From Octopus bimaculoides (lineage: Eukaryota): a stretch of DNA of 64,000 nt. The notes under the pieces are model-generated. The model was not told the DNA's origin. It saw nothing but the letters and a program-made list of their open reading frames with translations, and did no database searches. Both the position numbers and the translations under genes were made by a program. The stretch spans positions 3,758,964 to 3,822,963 of the forward strand of contig NC_068983.1 of the NCBI RefSeq assembly GCF_001194135.2. Reading direction: 5' to 3'. Of this stretch, positions 12,477 through 24,935 are shown piece by piece; the first letter of the stretch is position 1; each line of letters starts with the position of its first letter.

Positions 12477-14620
12477 CTAATGCCTTATTTAACACATTCA
12501 CTGGTCCAATTTCCACCCATTATTTATATTTTTACTATATTTTTTCTTAAAAAAAAAAAAAAAAAANNNNNNNNNNNNNNNNNNNNNNNNNNNNNNNNNN
12601 NNNNNNNNNNNNNNNNNNNNNNNNNNNNNNNNNNNNNNNNNNNNNNNNNNNNNNNNNNNNNNNNNNNNNNNNNNTATATATATATACACACACACAAATA
12701 TATATGTTGGGTTGGTGCACAATTAAATTTTAAAACAGTCATTAATTATGTACCAATCTAAAACACACACAAATATATGAAACAGACCTAACTGTGATCC
12801 CACCCTCCTTCCCATTCCTTTTACCTCACATTCACAATCTAATTACACTTATTAACATGTCACACACCCATTAACCCATTCCACACATCTTGCTCTTCAA
12901 AAGCCACACACACACACACACACCTCAAGACATGAATATACTACTGTATGCACACACATGCCTGCCCCTCCTTCATTCCCCCCACAAACAACATCCTCAC
13001 TTGGTCCCTAACCTCTCACCCCACCCTCTTTTTTTAAACTCCTCAACTATTTTACTTCTTTCTCATTCCCCCTATGCCTTTTTTCTGATGAAGGACTGAT
13101 GCTCAAAACATTAAAACTTGTTTCTCCCCATCCAGTCTTGCAACCTCCCTAACATGTCATCTCTCTTTCATCCTCCTCTTTACTGCATCATCATTTCTAC
13201 TCTGCTGTTCTGCACCATCAAGCACCCCCTACTCTCTCCACTCCCTCCCGGTGGCACCCCAGTCCCACTTCATTCGTACCCACCTTGCATACCTTGAAGG
13301 TCCTTTCTGACCCCACCCCATCACGTGTACCACAGTCCAGCCCCACCAATCCTAAAACATGAGTAGTCAGGTTGCTCTTCTACAGCAATAAACCTGTTCT
13401 GCCCTTTACTCTCGCTTTAACCTTCTTAATCTCTTAGCATAAAAGTTCTCCATCTCCTCCCTCCCTTAGGGATCGTAGAACTTGTTGGCTGCATGGTGAC
13501 CTCACTAGCACTGGTGGCTCAAAAAATGGTTAAACATTAAGAAGGGCATCAAGTTGTAGGAAACCTGCTAAAGTAGACATCGGAGAATGATGCAATCCTA
13601 GGAGCCATCGGATCCGGTCAAACAGTCTAGCTTATTCCAGCAGAGGAGATGGTCATTAAATGTTGATGGTGATGATGATTGTTCATTGCACTCCCAATAA
13701 ATATCCATGAGTACATAGGGAAAGAGAAATAATGGAAGTGAGAGATGGGACCTGATTGAGGAGGCTATGTCATCATCGTCATTTAACTTCCGTTTTCCAT
13801 GCTGGCATGGGTTGGACGGTTCGATTGGGGTCTGGGAAGCCAGGAGGTTGCACGAAGCTCCAATCTGATCTGGCAGTGTTTCCTAACGCCAACCACTCCT
13901 AGAGTGTAGTGGGTGGATTTTTATGTGCCACTGGCACAGGGGCCAGAGGCAGCTGGCAATAACTATGATTGGTTAGTGCTTTTTACATGCCACTGGCACG
14001 GAAGCCAGTTAAGGCGGCGCTGGCATCACAACCTTGAAATCACTCTTCTCCACTTCATCGCACATCTTTTCTTGATCTTCCTCTTCTACAGGTTCCATTC
14101 ACTTAATGAACACTTCTTTATGCAGCAGACATCTTTGTAAACATCCCTGTACCAGTGCAGTCTTCTCTCTCTTTACCCATCAGATTCCCCTTATCTTCTC
14201 TCTTGTCCTCATCTGATTCCTTTTATCTTCTCTCTTGTACCCATCTGATTCCCCTAATCTTCAGTTTTATCCCTCAACTCATTCGTACCCTGTTAGTCAA
14301 TCAGCCAACACTCGCTTCATTTTTTTCTAGTCTTCACAAATCTTCCCACATACAAAGTCTCCATCTTATTACCATGCAGTATCACACTTTATACACAAGC
14401 ATCATACAATCTGCCCTTCACTCTGATGGAGAAACCATTTATTACCAGTAGAGGTCATAGCACTAAGCTTTTCTTAGCTTGTTCTTACTCTGGCTTCTAT
14501 GCTTTCAAAACGCCCACCTTCACAGCTAATTATACTAAAAAGGAAGCAAAAACTGCAACCGACTACTGCGAGGTCAACCTTTAAAAGTTCATTCCTAATA
14601 GATAAAATGATTGTACTTAC

Positions 14621-14721
14621 CATTCATCAGACATTTGAAATTTTAGAATGCAATCAATTATTGTCTGCAAATTCTTCTGTTCTAAAAGCAGATGATAAAA
14701 TTTCCAGTTTTTCCCATGGAC
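14621..14721 (-). CDS. FANCA: FANCA exon ae (101 nt, 0-2)
   Basis: tctttaaaag|...|gtaagt; VHGKNWKFYHLLLEQKNLQTIIDCILKFQMSDE. Confidence 0.75.
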
Positions 14722-14871
14722 CTTTTAAAGATGAACAAGAAATATTCCCTATTTTTATTTCTCCAAATAAAAGTACATTCCTGCAAATTCTTCTATAAGC
14801 TAATGGTAAAAACTTCCAGTAGATATTCCTACATTACCAAACTTTGCAACTTGAATGTTGAATTTTATATA

Positions 14872-14876
<5 letters not shown>

Positions 14877-14956
<80 letters not shown>
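14877..14956. repeat. (TA)n microsatellite, about 40 units
   Basis: Direct read; abuts the Tc1 terminal repeat. Confidence 0.95.
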
Positions 14957-14960
<4 letters not shown>

Positions 14961-15622
14961 GTTGGACAAAATAATGGAAACACCTTAAAATTTCACACAA
15001 ATTAATTTTAATATGGGGTAGGACCGACTTCGGCAGTAATTATAGCTTGAATTCTACGAGGTATGGACTCGTACAAAGTTTGAATTCTTTCCAAAGGAAT
15101 ATTTGTCCATTCTTCAGCTAAAACAGTTTCCAGCTCTTGTAGTGATGATGGTGGAGGATATCAACTCCTTTCTTGTTTTCTAAAATGCACCATAAATGTT
15201 TAATAATATTGAGATCTGGGGATTGTGGCGGCCAGATAAGATGTTCAACTTCACTAGAATGTTCCTCGTGCAATTCAGTAACAACTTTAGCTGTGTGAAT
15301 TGCTGCATTATCATCCTGAAAGATTGCGTTTCCCTCTGGAAAGAGTTCCGCAAACATAGGATGAATTTGATCAGATAAGATGCTTAAATAGTCTTGACTA
15401 TTAATTCTGCCATGAAAGGAAACCATTGGGCCGGCGGATTTCCAAGATATAGCCCCACCCCCACCAGATCATCACAGATCCTCCTCCATGTTTAACAGTT
15501 GGAAGAAGGCAGTCTTGGGTCAAATGGTTCTTTTGGCTGTCTCCACATGTATACTTGGCCAGTGGTCGGAAATATGGTAATGAATAGCGGACAAAAGAGG
15601 TGTCTTGCAGTAAAGGAGATAC

Positions 15623-15625
<3 letters not shown>
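14957..15625 (-). mobile_element. Tc1/mariner transposase relic with one terminal inverted repeat
   Basis: LLPTVKHGGGSVMIW...IFQDDNAAIHTA...WPPQSPDLNIIKHLW (Tc1 DD34E region, frameshifted, E replaced); TA-GGGGTTGGACAAAATAATGGAAACACC end at 14957. Confidence 0.9.
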
Positions 15626-15676
<51 letters not shown>

Positions 15677-15860
15677 TGGTGAAGATGTGATGGGGCATAT
15701 AGCTGAGTTGCAGGGAAATGTATAGAGTGAAGTGGACCAGGGACTGGAGAGGGTCCATTTCATTACAAGTTATGTGTACAATTAAACAAAAGGGTCAATC
15801 CTTTGTTTAATTGTAGAAATGTAGCTAAGAAAATAAATTTGCATAGAAAAGCTAACTTAC

Positions 15861-15947
15861 CATTAACGATGTCCATAGCAGTGGACATTCTGTTAGTAAT
15901 CTTTGGAACAAGTCATCAGAAATGGTCTGTCTTAACATTACAATACC
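15861..15947 (-). CDS. FANCA: FANCA exon ad (87 nt, 0-0)
   Basis: cctcag|...|gtaagt; GIVMLRQTISDDLFQRLLTECPLLWTSLM. Confidence 0.9.
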
Positions 15948-15974
15948 CTGAGGAAGAGACAAAAATATAAGCAT

Positions 15975-16100
15975 ATAGAATACCAGAATACATAGCATAG
16001 GAGAAGCGGAAGAATACTGGAATACATTTCATAACAAGGGCAGCAGAATACCAGAATACATTTCCATAGTAGGGGCAGCGGAATACCAGAATACATAGTG
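15975..16100. repeat. Minisatellite, about 30-bp unit, 4 copies
   Basis: Repeated gaatacc(a/t)gaataca motif. Confidence 0.75.
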
Positions 16101-16431
16101 TAACAACATGGAGAATTGTCATTTTGATACATAAGAAAAAACAAAAAAAAAATTCCCTTTACTTTTTTGATTTTACAAGTTTGTTTCTTTGCTGCAAAAC
16201 ATTCAATACGAATTACAGGGAGATTCAGCGTGATACAGAGTGTGATAAGAACGGGCCTTTGAAATACAGGTGCAACTCAGTTTTGCTAGGTGAGTGGACT
16301 GGAGCAACGTGAAATGAAGTGTCTTGCTCAAGGACACAATACACTGCTGGGAATCGAACCCACAACCTTATGATTGTGAGCCGAACACCCCTAACCACCA
16401 CTCAACATTACACTATAAAAACACTCCTCAC

Positions 16432-16476
16432 CACTAAATTCTGTTGTGATTCCAGGTTGCAATGTTTCTTCGTTTT
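16432..16476 (-). CDS. FANCA: FANCA exon ac (45 nt, 0-0)
   Basis: ttttag|...|gtgagg; KTKKHCNLESQQNLV. Confidence 0.7.
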
Positions 16477-16601
16477 CTAAAACTGAAACAAAAACAAGTC
16501 ATGGGAACAATTGCAGAAATAAAATGGTAAGAACAACCAAAGTTGTATCTATGTATTCGATGAGAATGGAACAGGAAAAATGAGTTGAGATAAATTTTTA
16601 C

Positions 16602-16661
16602 CTGGAAAATCTGATAAACAACATCTCTGTCCAGTGCAAAACCTTCATTGATGGTGTTTCT
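16602..16661 (-). CDS. FANCA: FANCA exon ab (60 nt, 0-0)
   Basis: tttcag|...|gtaaaa; RNTINEGFALDRDVVYQIFQ. Confidence 0.85.
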
Positions 16662-17524
16662 CTGAAAGAAAGAACAAAAAAATGGAAGGTCATAAATTCT
16701 AAGAAAATAAATGACAAAGTTTGATCTGTTTGCAATGAATTCCAATCAGACTTTATTGGTTGTGTGTTTGGTAAAGTGTACTGAATGGAAACAGAGAGAA
16801 GCTTCTGGCATTCACCTTTATTAAATAGATACATACATACAGAGGCATGTGGCTGATGCTGGTGGCACATGAAGAGCTCTTTTTGAGTGTTGGGCCTCAT
16901 GGAGGCAATGACTGAGTCCATTTGGCATTATGTCAAGCTTGAGAAGACAACCCATCAAGCCAAGTAAAATCACAGTCATGGCAGATACCGGTGTCACACA
17001 AATGGCACATAAAAGCACCCATTACACTCTCGGAGTGGTTGGTGTTAGGAAGGGCACCCAGCTATAAAAAACCATGCCATCTGGTACAGCCTTCCATCTT
17101 ACCAGCCCCGGTCAAACCGTCCGACCCATGTCAGCATGGACAACAGATGTTAAATGATGATGATGAAACATAATGCAATAAAATGACCCCTGATGAACTG
17201 TTGTAGTTCAACATCCAAATTTCACTTTGAACCCCCACTGCAGTGGATGCAAATAACTGCAATGGTGAAACATTCGTAGGGAACAAATGATATAAATGGC
17301 ATCTTGTGTTTACCATATTTTTCCTCATTTGCCCTATGTAAAAAACACCCACTACACTCTCAGAGTGGTTGGCATTAAGAAGGGCATCCAGCTGTAGAAA
17401 CATTGCCAGATAAGATTGGAGCCTGGTGCAGCCTCCTGTCGAACTGTCCAACCCATATCAGCATGGAAAGCAGACGTTAAATGATGATGATGATGATGAT
17501 GATGACCACAGAGTTTTTACTCAC

Positions 17525-17630
17525 CAACGTTGTATTAATGTAGGTGATGGCAGTTGAGGCGGCAGCCTCTGACACAGGAATGTATACAGAATCAGAAAAT
17601 AAGAGATTGGCAGGAAGATTCAGCAACAGA
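17525..17630 (-). CDS. FANCA: FANCA exon aa (106 nt, 2-0)
   Basis: ccacag|...|gtgagt; LLLNLPANLLFSDSVYIPVSEAAASTAITYINTTL, similar to human ILLRLPSSVL. Confidence 0.9.
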
Positions 17631-18639
17631 CTGTGGAAAGAAAAGCGGTTTATTAGATACACAAACAGACAACAAATTGTGCTTATTATTCCATGGCAAC
17701 CGTAGACGAAGAAACAGAAACAGAATAAATAACGAAGTAATGAGATTTAATCAGTGAGCAATTCTGGTTTATTCAGACAACGTTTGTGGAAAGAGCCTGA
17801 ATGCGTAGCAGAATACTGAGGGTTGTATTTGCCATTAAACACGCTCAACACAACAGAAACACGTGTCGGTCATTGTGAGCAATTATGTTGTGTTAAAATT
17901 AGAAAAATTTGAAGATGCAGCAGTTTCTGGATACTTTGTAATTGTTTTGGATTTATACGTCTGTGTAGTTGTGAGCCCTGTGCCGGTAGCACATAAAAAG
18001 CACCATCCAAACGTGGCCGATGCCAGTGCCACCTTGACTGGCTTCCATGTCGGTGGCATGTAAAAGCACCATCCGATTGTGGTCGATGCCAGCTCCTCTG
18101 GCCCCTGTACCAGTGGCACATAAAAAGCACCCACTACACTCTCAGAGTGGTTGGCGTTAGGATGGGCATCCACCTGTAGAAACACTGCCAGATCAGATTG
18201 GAGCCTGGTGCAGCCTTCTGGCTTTCCAGGCCCCACTCAAACCGTCCAACCCATGCCAGCATGGAAATTGGAACTTAAACGATGATGTGTGTGACAGAGA
18301 AAGATAGAGAGAGAGAGAGTGTATATATGTGAGAAGGCGTGTGGCCTTGTGGTTAGGACATTGCACTTATCACTGCTGGATCATGGGTTCAATTCCTGGA
18401 CCAGCTGGCATGTTGCATTCTTGGGCAAAACCCTTCATTTCTCGTTGCTCCAGTCCACTCAGCTGTAAAGGGGCACACCCTGCCACAAACTAGCCTTCTT
18501 TCTGGTCAGGGTGGAATGTTGGCCTGCTTGCCCGGCCAGTGGGGTGGCATCATTTGATAGCTAGAACAATGCGAAATGCATTATCACCAACAAGGTAACA
18601 CAACATCTGAAAGTCTGGTTTAATATCATTATATACATA

Positions 18640-18798
18640 GGCACAGGTGTGGCTGTGTGGTAAGAAGCTTGCTTCCCAACCACATGGTCCCTGGTTCAGT
18701 ACCACTGCATGGCACCTTGGGCAAAGTGTCTTCTACTATAGCCTTGGGCCAACCAAAGCCTTGTGAGTGGATTTGGTAGACAGAAACTGAAAGAAGCC

Positions 18799-18838
<40 letters not shown>

Positions 18839-19028
18839 TTGTGTTTTCCCCCACCATCGCTTGACAACCCATCTTGGTGTGTTTGTCTCCGTAACTTACC
18901 GGTTTGGCAAAAGGGACCAATAGAATAAGTAGTAGGTTTACAAAGAATAAGTCCTGGGGTTGATTTGTTTGACTAAAGGCGGTGCTCCAGCATGGCTGCA
19001 GTTAAATGACTTAAACAAGTAAAAGAAT
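18640..19028 (+). mobile_element. tRNA-derived SINE family 1 (internal TA/TG microsatellite), full copy
   Basis: Head ggtgtggctgtgtggtaagaagcttgcttcccaaccacatggt..ggttcagt(c)ccactg with A/B boxes; body ggcaccttgggcaagtgtcttctactatagc; 3' ggcggtgctccagcatggc..cagtcaaatgactgaaacaagtaaaaga. Other copies: + 5220-5390, 34385-34740, 40780-40940, 40970-41350, 43800-44150, 53155-53900; - 2990-3150, 8860-8985, 10600-10750, 43190-43480, 61130-61265. Confidence 0.88.
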
Positions 19029-19777
19029 ATGATGATGATGATGATGTATATATGTGTGAGTACGAGTATGTTTGTGTCTCCTTGTCTTGTCATCATCATC
19101 ATCAGTTAACGCCCGTTGTCCATGTTGGACAGCTTGAGCAAGGTTGGTAAGCTGGAACGTTGCACCAGACTCCAGGTCAAGTGATAATTGTAAATGAATG
19201 CTATTCATTTCCAAACTTCTGCAAAAACATATCTGGCCTTGGAGGGGAAATATTACCTTACATGGAAGCAGGTGAGGGTTGGCAACAGGAAGGACATCCA
19301 GCCATAGAGAATCTGCCTCAAACTTCATTCAACCCATGCAAACATGGGAAAACAGACATTAAAATGATGATGATGATGAATAAATCTTGGGAGGGAGCTG
19401 GACATTTTCTAGGACGATGTTCTTCCCAGCATTACTTTTCAAAGTAACGGTCAAGCTCTGTCCCAAATATATCACCAATGCAACTAGTGGTGACCACACT
19501 GTGTACACTCCATATTAATGCTAATGGTGGCTATAATATACTGGCCACACGTCAGTGCCATAGACAGTCACATTGTGTCATTTTCACATCACTAGACGAG
19601 GCTTAACAAGTTCAACATCATCCTTTAACATCCATCTTCCATGCTGGCATGGACCGGTCAGTTTGACAGGAGCTGACCAGCTGGACGGCCGCACTGGCTC
19701 AATTATAAACAAATAAAAACAAAAAAAAAGATGGAAAAATTTCAAAATTTATTTGAACTTGCAAAAAAGTCACTTAC

Positions 19778-19932
19778 TTTACTTTAGAGAAAACCTGGAA
19801 TTTGGTTTTACAGAGGTTAGCAGCGACATTGGTAGGTGTTGCTTCTTGCAGTTCTTGAAGTAACCATGGTAACGTTGAAGTTTCAGCATTTCCATTATTT
19901 TGATCAATGTCCAAAAACTGTTCAATGTTTCT
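19778..19932 (-). CDS. FANCA: FANCA exon z (155 nt, 0-2)
   Basis: tttcag|...|gtaagt; RNIEQFLDIDQNNGNAETSTLPWLLQELQEATPTNVAANLCKTKFQVFSKV. Confidence 0.82.
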
Positions 19933-21149
19933 CTGAAAGAGAATAGAATAAATATCGAGTCGGAGGCAATGACCGAGACTTTGGCATTATGTCGTGCTTG
20001 GGAAGAAGACCCATCAAGGTGAGCAAAATCACAGTCATAGCAGATACTGGTGTCACGCAAATGGCACCCATTACACTCTCGGAGTGGTTGGCATTAGGAA
20101 GGGCATAGAAACCATGCCAAATCAGACTGGAGACTAGTGCAGCCTTCCAGGTTGCTAGCCCTGGTCAAACTGTCCAACCCATGCCTGGGTTAAATGATGA
20201 TGATGGTGTGTGTGCGTGTGTGTGTGTAGATGTATGTGTTTCATTTTGTAAGTGTATAGACACATATCTGCCATGTCAAATGCCTGCCGCCGCTGCCGCC
20301 ACCACCACAACTTCTGCTATCAGTCTCAACAGCCTTTCATATCTGCCATTGATAGTCCCCTACTCTTTGTTCATCACTCTCTGTAGCCACCCCTATATAC
20401 CTACGACCTCAATCTTTGTCACAGCGAAACCCCTATTTCACATTATCTCCCTATTTCTCATATATCCTGTTTTACTCTAGGCAAAGGGCTGGAAATTCTT
20501 GGGGAGGGGGCCACTTGATTAAATCAACCCCAGTACACAGCCGGTACTTAGTTTATCGACCCCGAAAGGATGAAAGGCAAAGTCGACCTTGGCGGAATTT
20601 GAACTCAGAACGTAGCTGTAGACGAAATACCACTAAGCATGTCACCCCTGCGTGCTAACGTCTCTGCTAGTTTGCTGCCGTTTCTCATGTATCTATGGTT
20701 TTATTACACTGCAGCTCTACACCCCACCCCACTCCTATTTTGTTCACCTTCCTCCCAAATTAATGTTTTGTGATATGCTGTGCTTCAGAAGACCCCCCAA
20801 GCCAAGTGAAACTGTAGTCATGGCCGATGCTGGTGCCACATAACTGGCATGCAGAGTGTGCCTTTCGAGCATTGTGCCTCATCCATTTCCATCCCTATTT
20901 CTAACCATGTTACCCCTTCCTACTCAGCCCCTGTCCCTAATCTCTCTTATATTCACAAACGTGTACCTTGTGGCTATGGCCCTGACACTTCTTTTCCACC
21001 TCCTCCTTTTCCTCCTGGGGTAGCCATGTATCTCCTCTACAGTCAGGCACCTGCTCCTGTCCTATCATACTTTAAACTCTCAACACCTGGCAAAAAGCCA
21101 CCACACTCAATACTAGAACCCCAGCTCAGTTGAGGGGAGGGGCTTGTGT

Positions 21150-21735
21150 TGTCATCATTTAGCATCCATTGTCTATGCTGGCATGGGTTTGACCGTTTGA
21201 CTAGGGCTAGCATGCTGGAAGGCTGCACCAGACTCCAGTCTGATTTAGCATGGTTTTCTACAGCTGGATGCCCTTCCTAACGCCAACCACTCTGAGAGTG
21301 TAATGAGTTCCACTGGCACAATTGCCATTTGCATGACACCAGTATCTGCCACGACTGTGATTTTGCTCGGTTTGATGCTGTAATGCCAAAGGTCTCAATC
21401 ATTGCCTCCATGAGGTCCAACACACGAAATTAGCTTTTCATGTGCCACTGGCATCAGCAACATTGCCTCCATGAGGCACAATGCTCGAAAGGCACACTCT
21501 GCATGCCAGTTATGTGGCACCAGCATCAGCCATGACTACAGTTTCACTTGGCTTGGAGGGTCTTCTGAAGCACAGCATATCACAAAAGGTCTTGGTCATT
21601 GCATCTGTGAGGCCCAAGGATTGAAGATCACACTTCACCACTTTGTCCCATGTCTTCCTGGGTCTACCTCTACCACAGGTTCCCTCCACAGTTAGAGATT
21701 GGCACTTCTTTACACAGCTGTCCTCGTCCATATGC
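21150..21735 (-). mobile_element. RTE LINE 3' end with longer ORF2 remnant
   Basis: MDEDSCVKKCQSLTVEGTCGRGRPRKTWDKVVKCDLQSLGLTDAMT followed by the shared 3' UTR and tail. Confidence 0.88.
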
Positions 21736-21788
21736 ATCACAATTATATAAAACATGAAAGATAAACAACATAAAAACAGATAGCTAAC

Positions 21789-21894
21789 CTTCAGTAGGGT
21801 CACTATTTCATATTTATTATTATTGAGAGTTAGTTGTGGTGGTGCTGCCCTGGCCTGGCACATGGTGCACTGCGATGAATCGGTCTGTACACAA
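21789..21894 (-). CDS. FANCA: FANCA exon y (106 nt, 2-0)
   Basis: ttgcag|...|gttagc; CVQTDSSQCTMCQARAAPPQLTLNNNKYEIVTLLK. Confidence 0.78.
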
Positions 21895-22186
21895 CTGCAA
21901 ATACAATTCAAAGGAACAGATCAGCAATGCAGCAGATCAACTTAGTAAAAACAACAGCTAAACCATCCTCAAGTCACAGCTAAACCAATTTAAAATAAGA
22001 AAGACATTGGATATTTGTAGTCCTGGATACACAATGCTTGAATAAAAGATGGAATGGACATGAGCAGAACACTATTAATTATAGAGATGTTGAATTGAGA
22101 CTAATCTTGGATTCAACAATTACGTGTGTATATTTGAGGGGACACACACACACACACCATCATCATTGTTTAATGTCCATTTACCA

Positions 22187-22403
22187 AGGTGGCGAGCCGG
22201 CAGAAACGTTAGCACGCCGGGCAAAATGCTTAGCGGTATTTCGTCCGTCTTTATGTTCTGAGTTCAAATTCCGCTGAGGTCAACTTTGCCTTTCATCCTT
22301 TTGGGGTTGATAAATTAAGTACCAGTTGTGTACTGTGGTCCATGTAATTGAATGGCCCCCTCCCACCAAATTTCGGGCCTTGTGCCTAGAGTAGTAAAGA
22401 ATA
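22187..22403 (+). mobile_element. tRNA-derived SINE family 2 (Meta-domain-like core), full copy
   Basis: ggtggcgagccggcagaaacgttagcacgccgggc...gagttcaaattccgc (B box)...ctttgcctttcatccttt.ggggt.gataaattaagtaccag...gggccttgtgcctagagtag. Other copies: - 11050-11240, 11570-11870, 20470-20670, 31555-31770, 39105-39295, 42405-42560; + 24935-25072, 39620-39810. The Meta-domain assignment is from memory. Confidence 0.85.
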
Positions 22404-22544
22404 TCCATTTACCTAACTGGTTCCCTGATCTTAAAGGTGTAATGTGGGATCAGCTGGTGCGGTGGTGATGCTAGCTGGTGCAGTGGTCTTCCTCACAGTA
22501 CTTCATGGTAGACAATATATTGCGTGTATGTCACACCACGTTTT

Positions 22545-23105
22545 TGGCCTTGTCTCTTATCCCAATTGAGTGTCATAACTCTTACTTTGATATTGTTCAT
22601 AGCTCGTGCTCTTGAAAATGCGACATAATTGGCCATGAGAAAATACTGGTTGAGGCAAATGTATTCCACCTTTTTTCAAATGTTTGCCCTTGAGCCTTAT
22701 TGTCATTGAATATTCAAGTCGAAATGGAAACTGAAGTCTGTTTAGTGTGAATGAAATATTTGCATCACTTGGGCTAAGTTTAATTCTGGGAATTAGAACA
22801 GTACGACCTCTGTTGGAGCCTGTTACCAATGATGCTTCTACACAATATATAAAGTCTTAGCAGCATTATGATAGCTCCTACTTTTAAGTTGAGGCGATGA
22901 GGAGGCATACCGGATGGAGTGAGTGAGTTTATGAATGCAAATGGATAGTTCTGAACCTCCTCTTCATTATTGCAGGACACTGAATCTGTGCTTAAGTACG
23001 TTTTAAGTGCCTTTTCATTTACTGCAAGAATTTTTAGGAGATAAAATTACTCGTGTTTCCATTTCTTCTGGCATACAGTTGTTGAAAATTTCTGGATACA
23101 AATTG
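22545..23105 (-). mobile_element. Helitron PIF1-helicase relic
   Basis: RVILSPKN...YLSTDSV...[31 protein letters not shown]...[12 protein letters not shown]...RLQFPFRLEYSMTI...PVFSHGQL, with frameshifts. Confidence 0.92.
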
Positions 23106-24007
23106 AAATACAAAAGAACAAAATAATAAATGGATTTATGAAAGTTTGATAATTGCGTTTATTTCCACCATGCAACACTTTTTATTGCAAACATTCATAT
23201 ATATATGTCTCAAGTTGTAGCTGTAATTCAAAGGGGCCAGCTTTGTCATATTCTGTGTGAGGCTGAATCTCCCCGAGAACTAATTTTTTAATGTTATGCA
23301 TGTCTGTGGAGTACTCAGCCATTTGTGAGTTAATTTTAAACCCTGTCAAATTAGATTGGAGCCTGGTGTAGCCATCCGGTTGCACCAGTCCTCAGTCAAA
23401 TCGTCCAACCCATGCTAGCATGGAAGGCGGACGTTAAACGATGATGATGATGATGATGATGATGTGGTAATGAATAGTGAAATTGACACTATGTATGAAT
23501 TGTCTCTCTCACTCACTCTTTCTCTTCTTTTGTGTTCCTTTTCTCTCCTACTTTTGATTTAACAATTTGTATATGTTTCTATGCATCTACTTCTCTTGTG
23601 ATGTGATAAACATTTAAAAACACAAAACGAACGTCGTCACCACTCACCGTCTCTTTCTCTCTTACCTCCTCTCTCTCCTACTTCAAAGGAGTGTGATGCA
23701 CACAACAGGAACATACAAAAACAAAAAGTTAGCATATTAATATTATTGATATTTATTATTATTATTATTATTATTATTTGACACTTGGGTAGACCTTACT
23801 TCCTGGTTTTCCTTTCCTTGAAAGCAGCTAATAACAAATTCCAAAAGGCTTCAAGCAAGGGTCTTCTCCTGTGTCTCAAAGAGGCAAGACTTTCCTTAGA
23901 ATACAACCAAATACAACCCATGACAACTTTTTTGACACAAACCTGCCCAGAGACCATTCTTGGTTTTATGGCACAAACTTCTCGCCTTAAAGAATGATCT
24001 AAATTAA

Positions 24008-24257
24008 CCCCTTTAAAACGGTTGATGTAAATTTACATGGGCAATGTGCATGCTTTAAATCGCAATTACCGTTGCAGTGTGCAGGCAACTGAATGAATCA
24101 CAGCTGTAAACTGGTTTTCCATTAAAATTCCATGTTAATTGATGTTCCAAGTAACAACCTAATAACGACAAAGTTATTTTTCTAAAGTCTTCATTATTTT
24201 CAAAGTTAATCAAAAGTTAATTAAGTAGTAGATTTCAACAGAAATATAACAAAAGGG
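24008..24257. mobile_element. piggyBac-type MITE, related family
   Basis: TTAA|CCCCTTT...AAAAGGG|TTAA; similar end sequence at about 35150-35180 and 57385-57435. Confidence 0.65.
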
Positions 24258-24274
24258 TTAAGAAAAGAACTTAC

Positions 24275-24379
24275 TTTGTATCTGCCTCAAGTAAACAGTT
24301 AAATATATCTGAGCAGATCTTTCGACCATTTTTGTTTTCTGCTTGGTATTTGTGAAGAAACCATGTTTGGTAAAAGTTC
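24275..24379 (-). CDS. FANCA: FANCA exon x (105 nt, 2-2)
   Basis: gtccag|...|gtaagt; NFYQTWFLHKYQAENKNGRKICSDIFNCLLEADT. Confidence 0.88.
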
Positions 24380-24543
24380 CTGGACAAAAACAAAAGTAAG
24401 GAAAACACAACTGGAATGAACCAAACAAGATCAATACTTCACAAGGATCCGTTAAACAAATACAAAAGGGTCAAGCATAGTGAGTCGAAAATCATTATTC
24501 AACTGAGATAATTGAAGTAATTAATTAAAAATTAAATTAGTAG

Positions 24544-24935
24544 GGGGTTAAACTAGTAGCAACATTCAATTCCACTTTGTTGTAGCAACTCGCTTAATTG
24601 TTTAATATTCGTTACTACTCAATCTCTTCTTAAGATTCTATGACGAGCTATTTTGCTTATCTATCGTTTGCAGAAGCGGATCTCAGCTATCATTCCAGTG
24701 TGCAGGTGTTCATGGTTGAAGATAAGCCAAACAGATCAAAACTGAGTCAGCCCCATGAGGATAGTAAGGGTTCGCCCCTGCTGCTAGCGAATATATTGTA
24801 TATAAAGGATGCAGAGCATTGCACCGATAACCAATTGGTGGAGAATCTGCCTGGGGTTAAACTAGTGGTAACATTCATCTGCCACTTTGATGTGGTGACT
24901 TGCTTTATTGCTTAATATACATTACTACTCAATCT
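24544..24935. repeat. Diverged direct repeat of about 85 bp
   Basis: ggggttaaactagt...ttactactcaatctc at 24544-24627 and 24852-24935. Confidence 0.75.

Noticed and set aside
19779-19932. Alternative reading frame (ETLNSFWTLIK...) for exon z
   Set aside because: The other frame matches FANCA (LQEATPTNVAANL) and fits once exon y is included.
23800-23998. Extra FANCA exon (AG...GTAAGG, one open frame)
   Set aside because: 199 nt, wrong phase, stop in the required frame, and a weak acceptor next to a MITE end. At most a poison-exon candidate.
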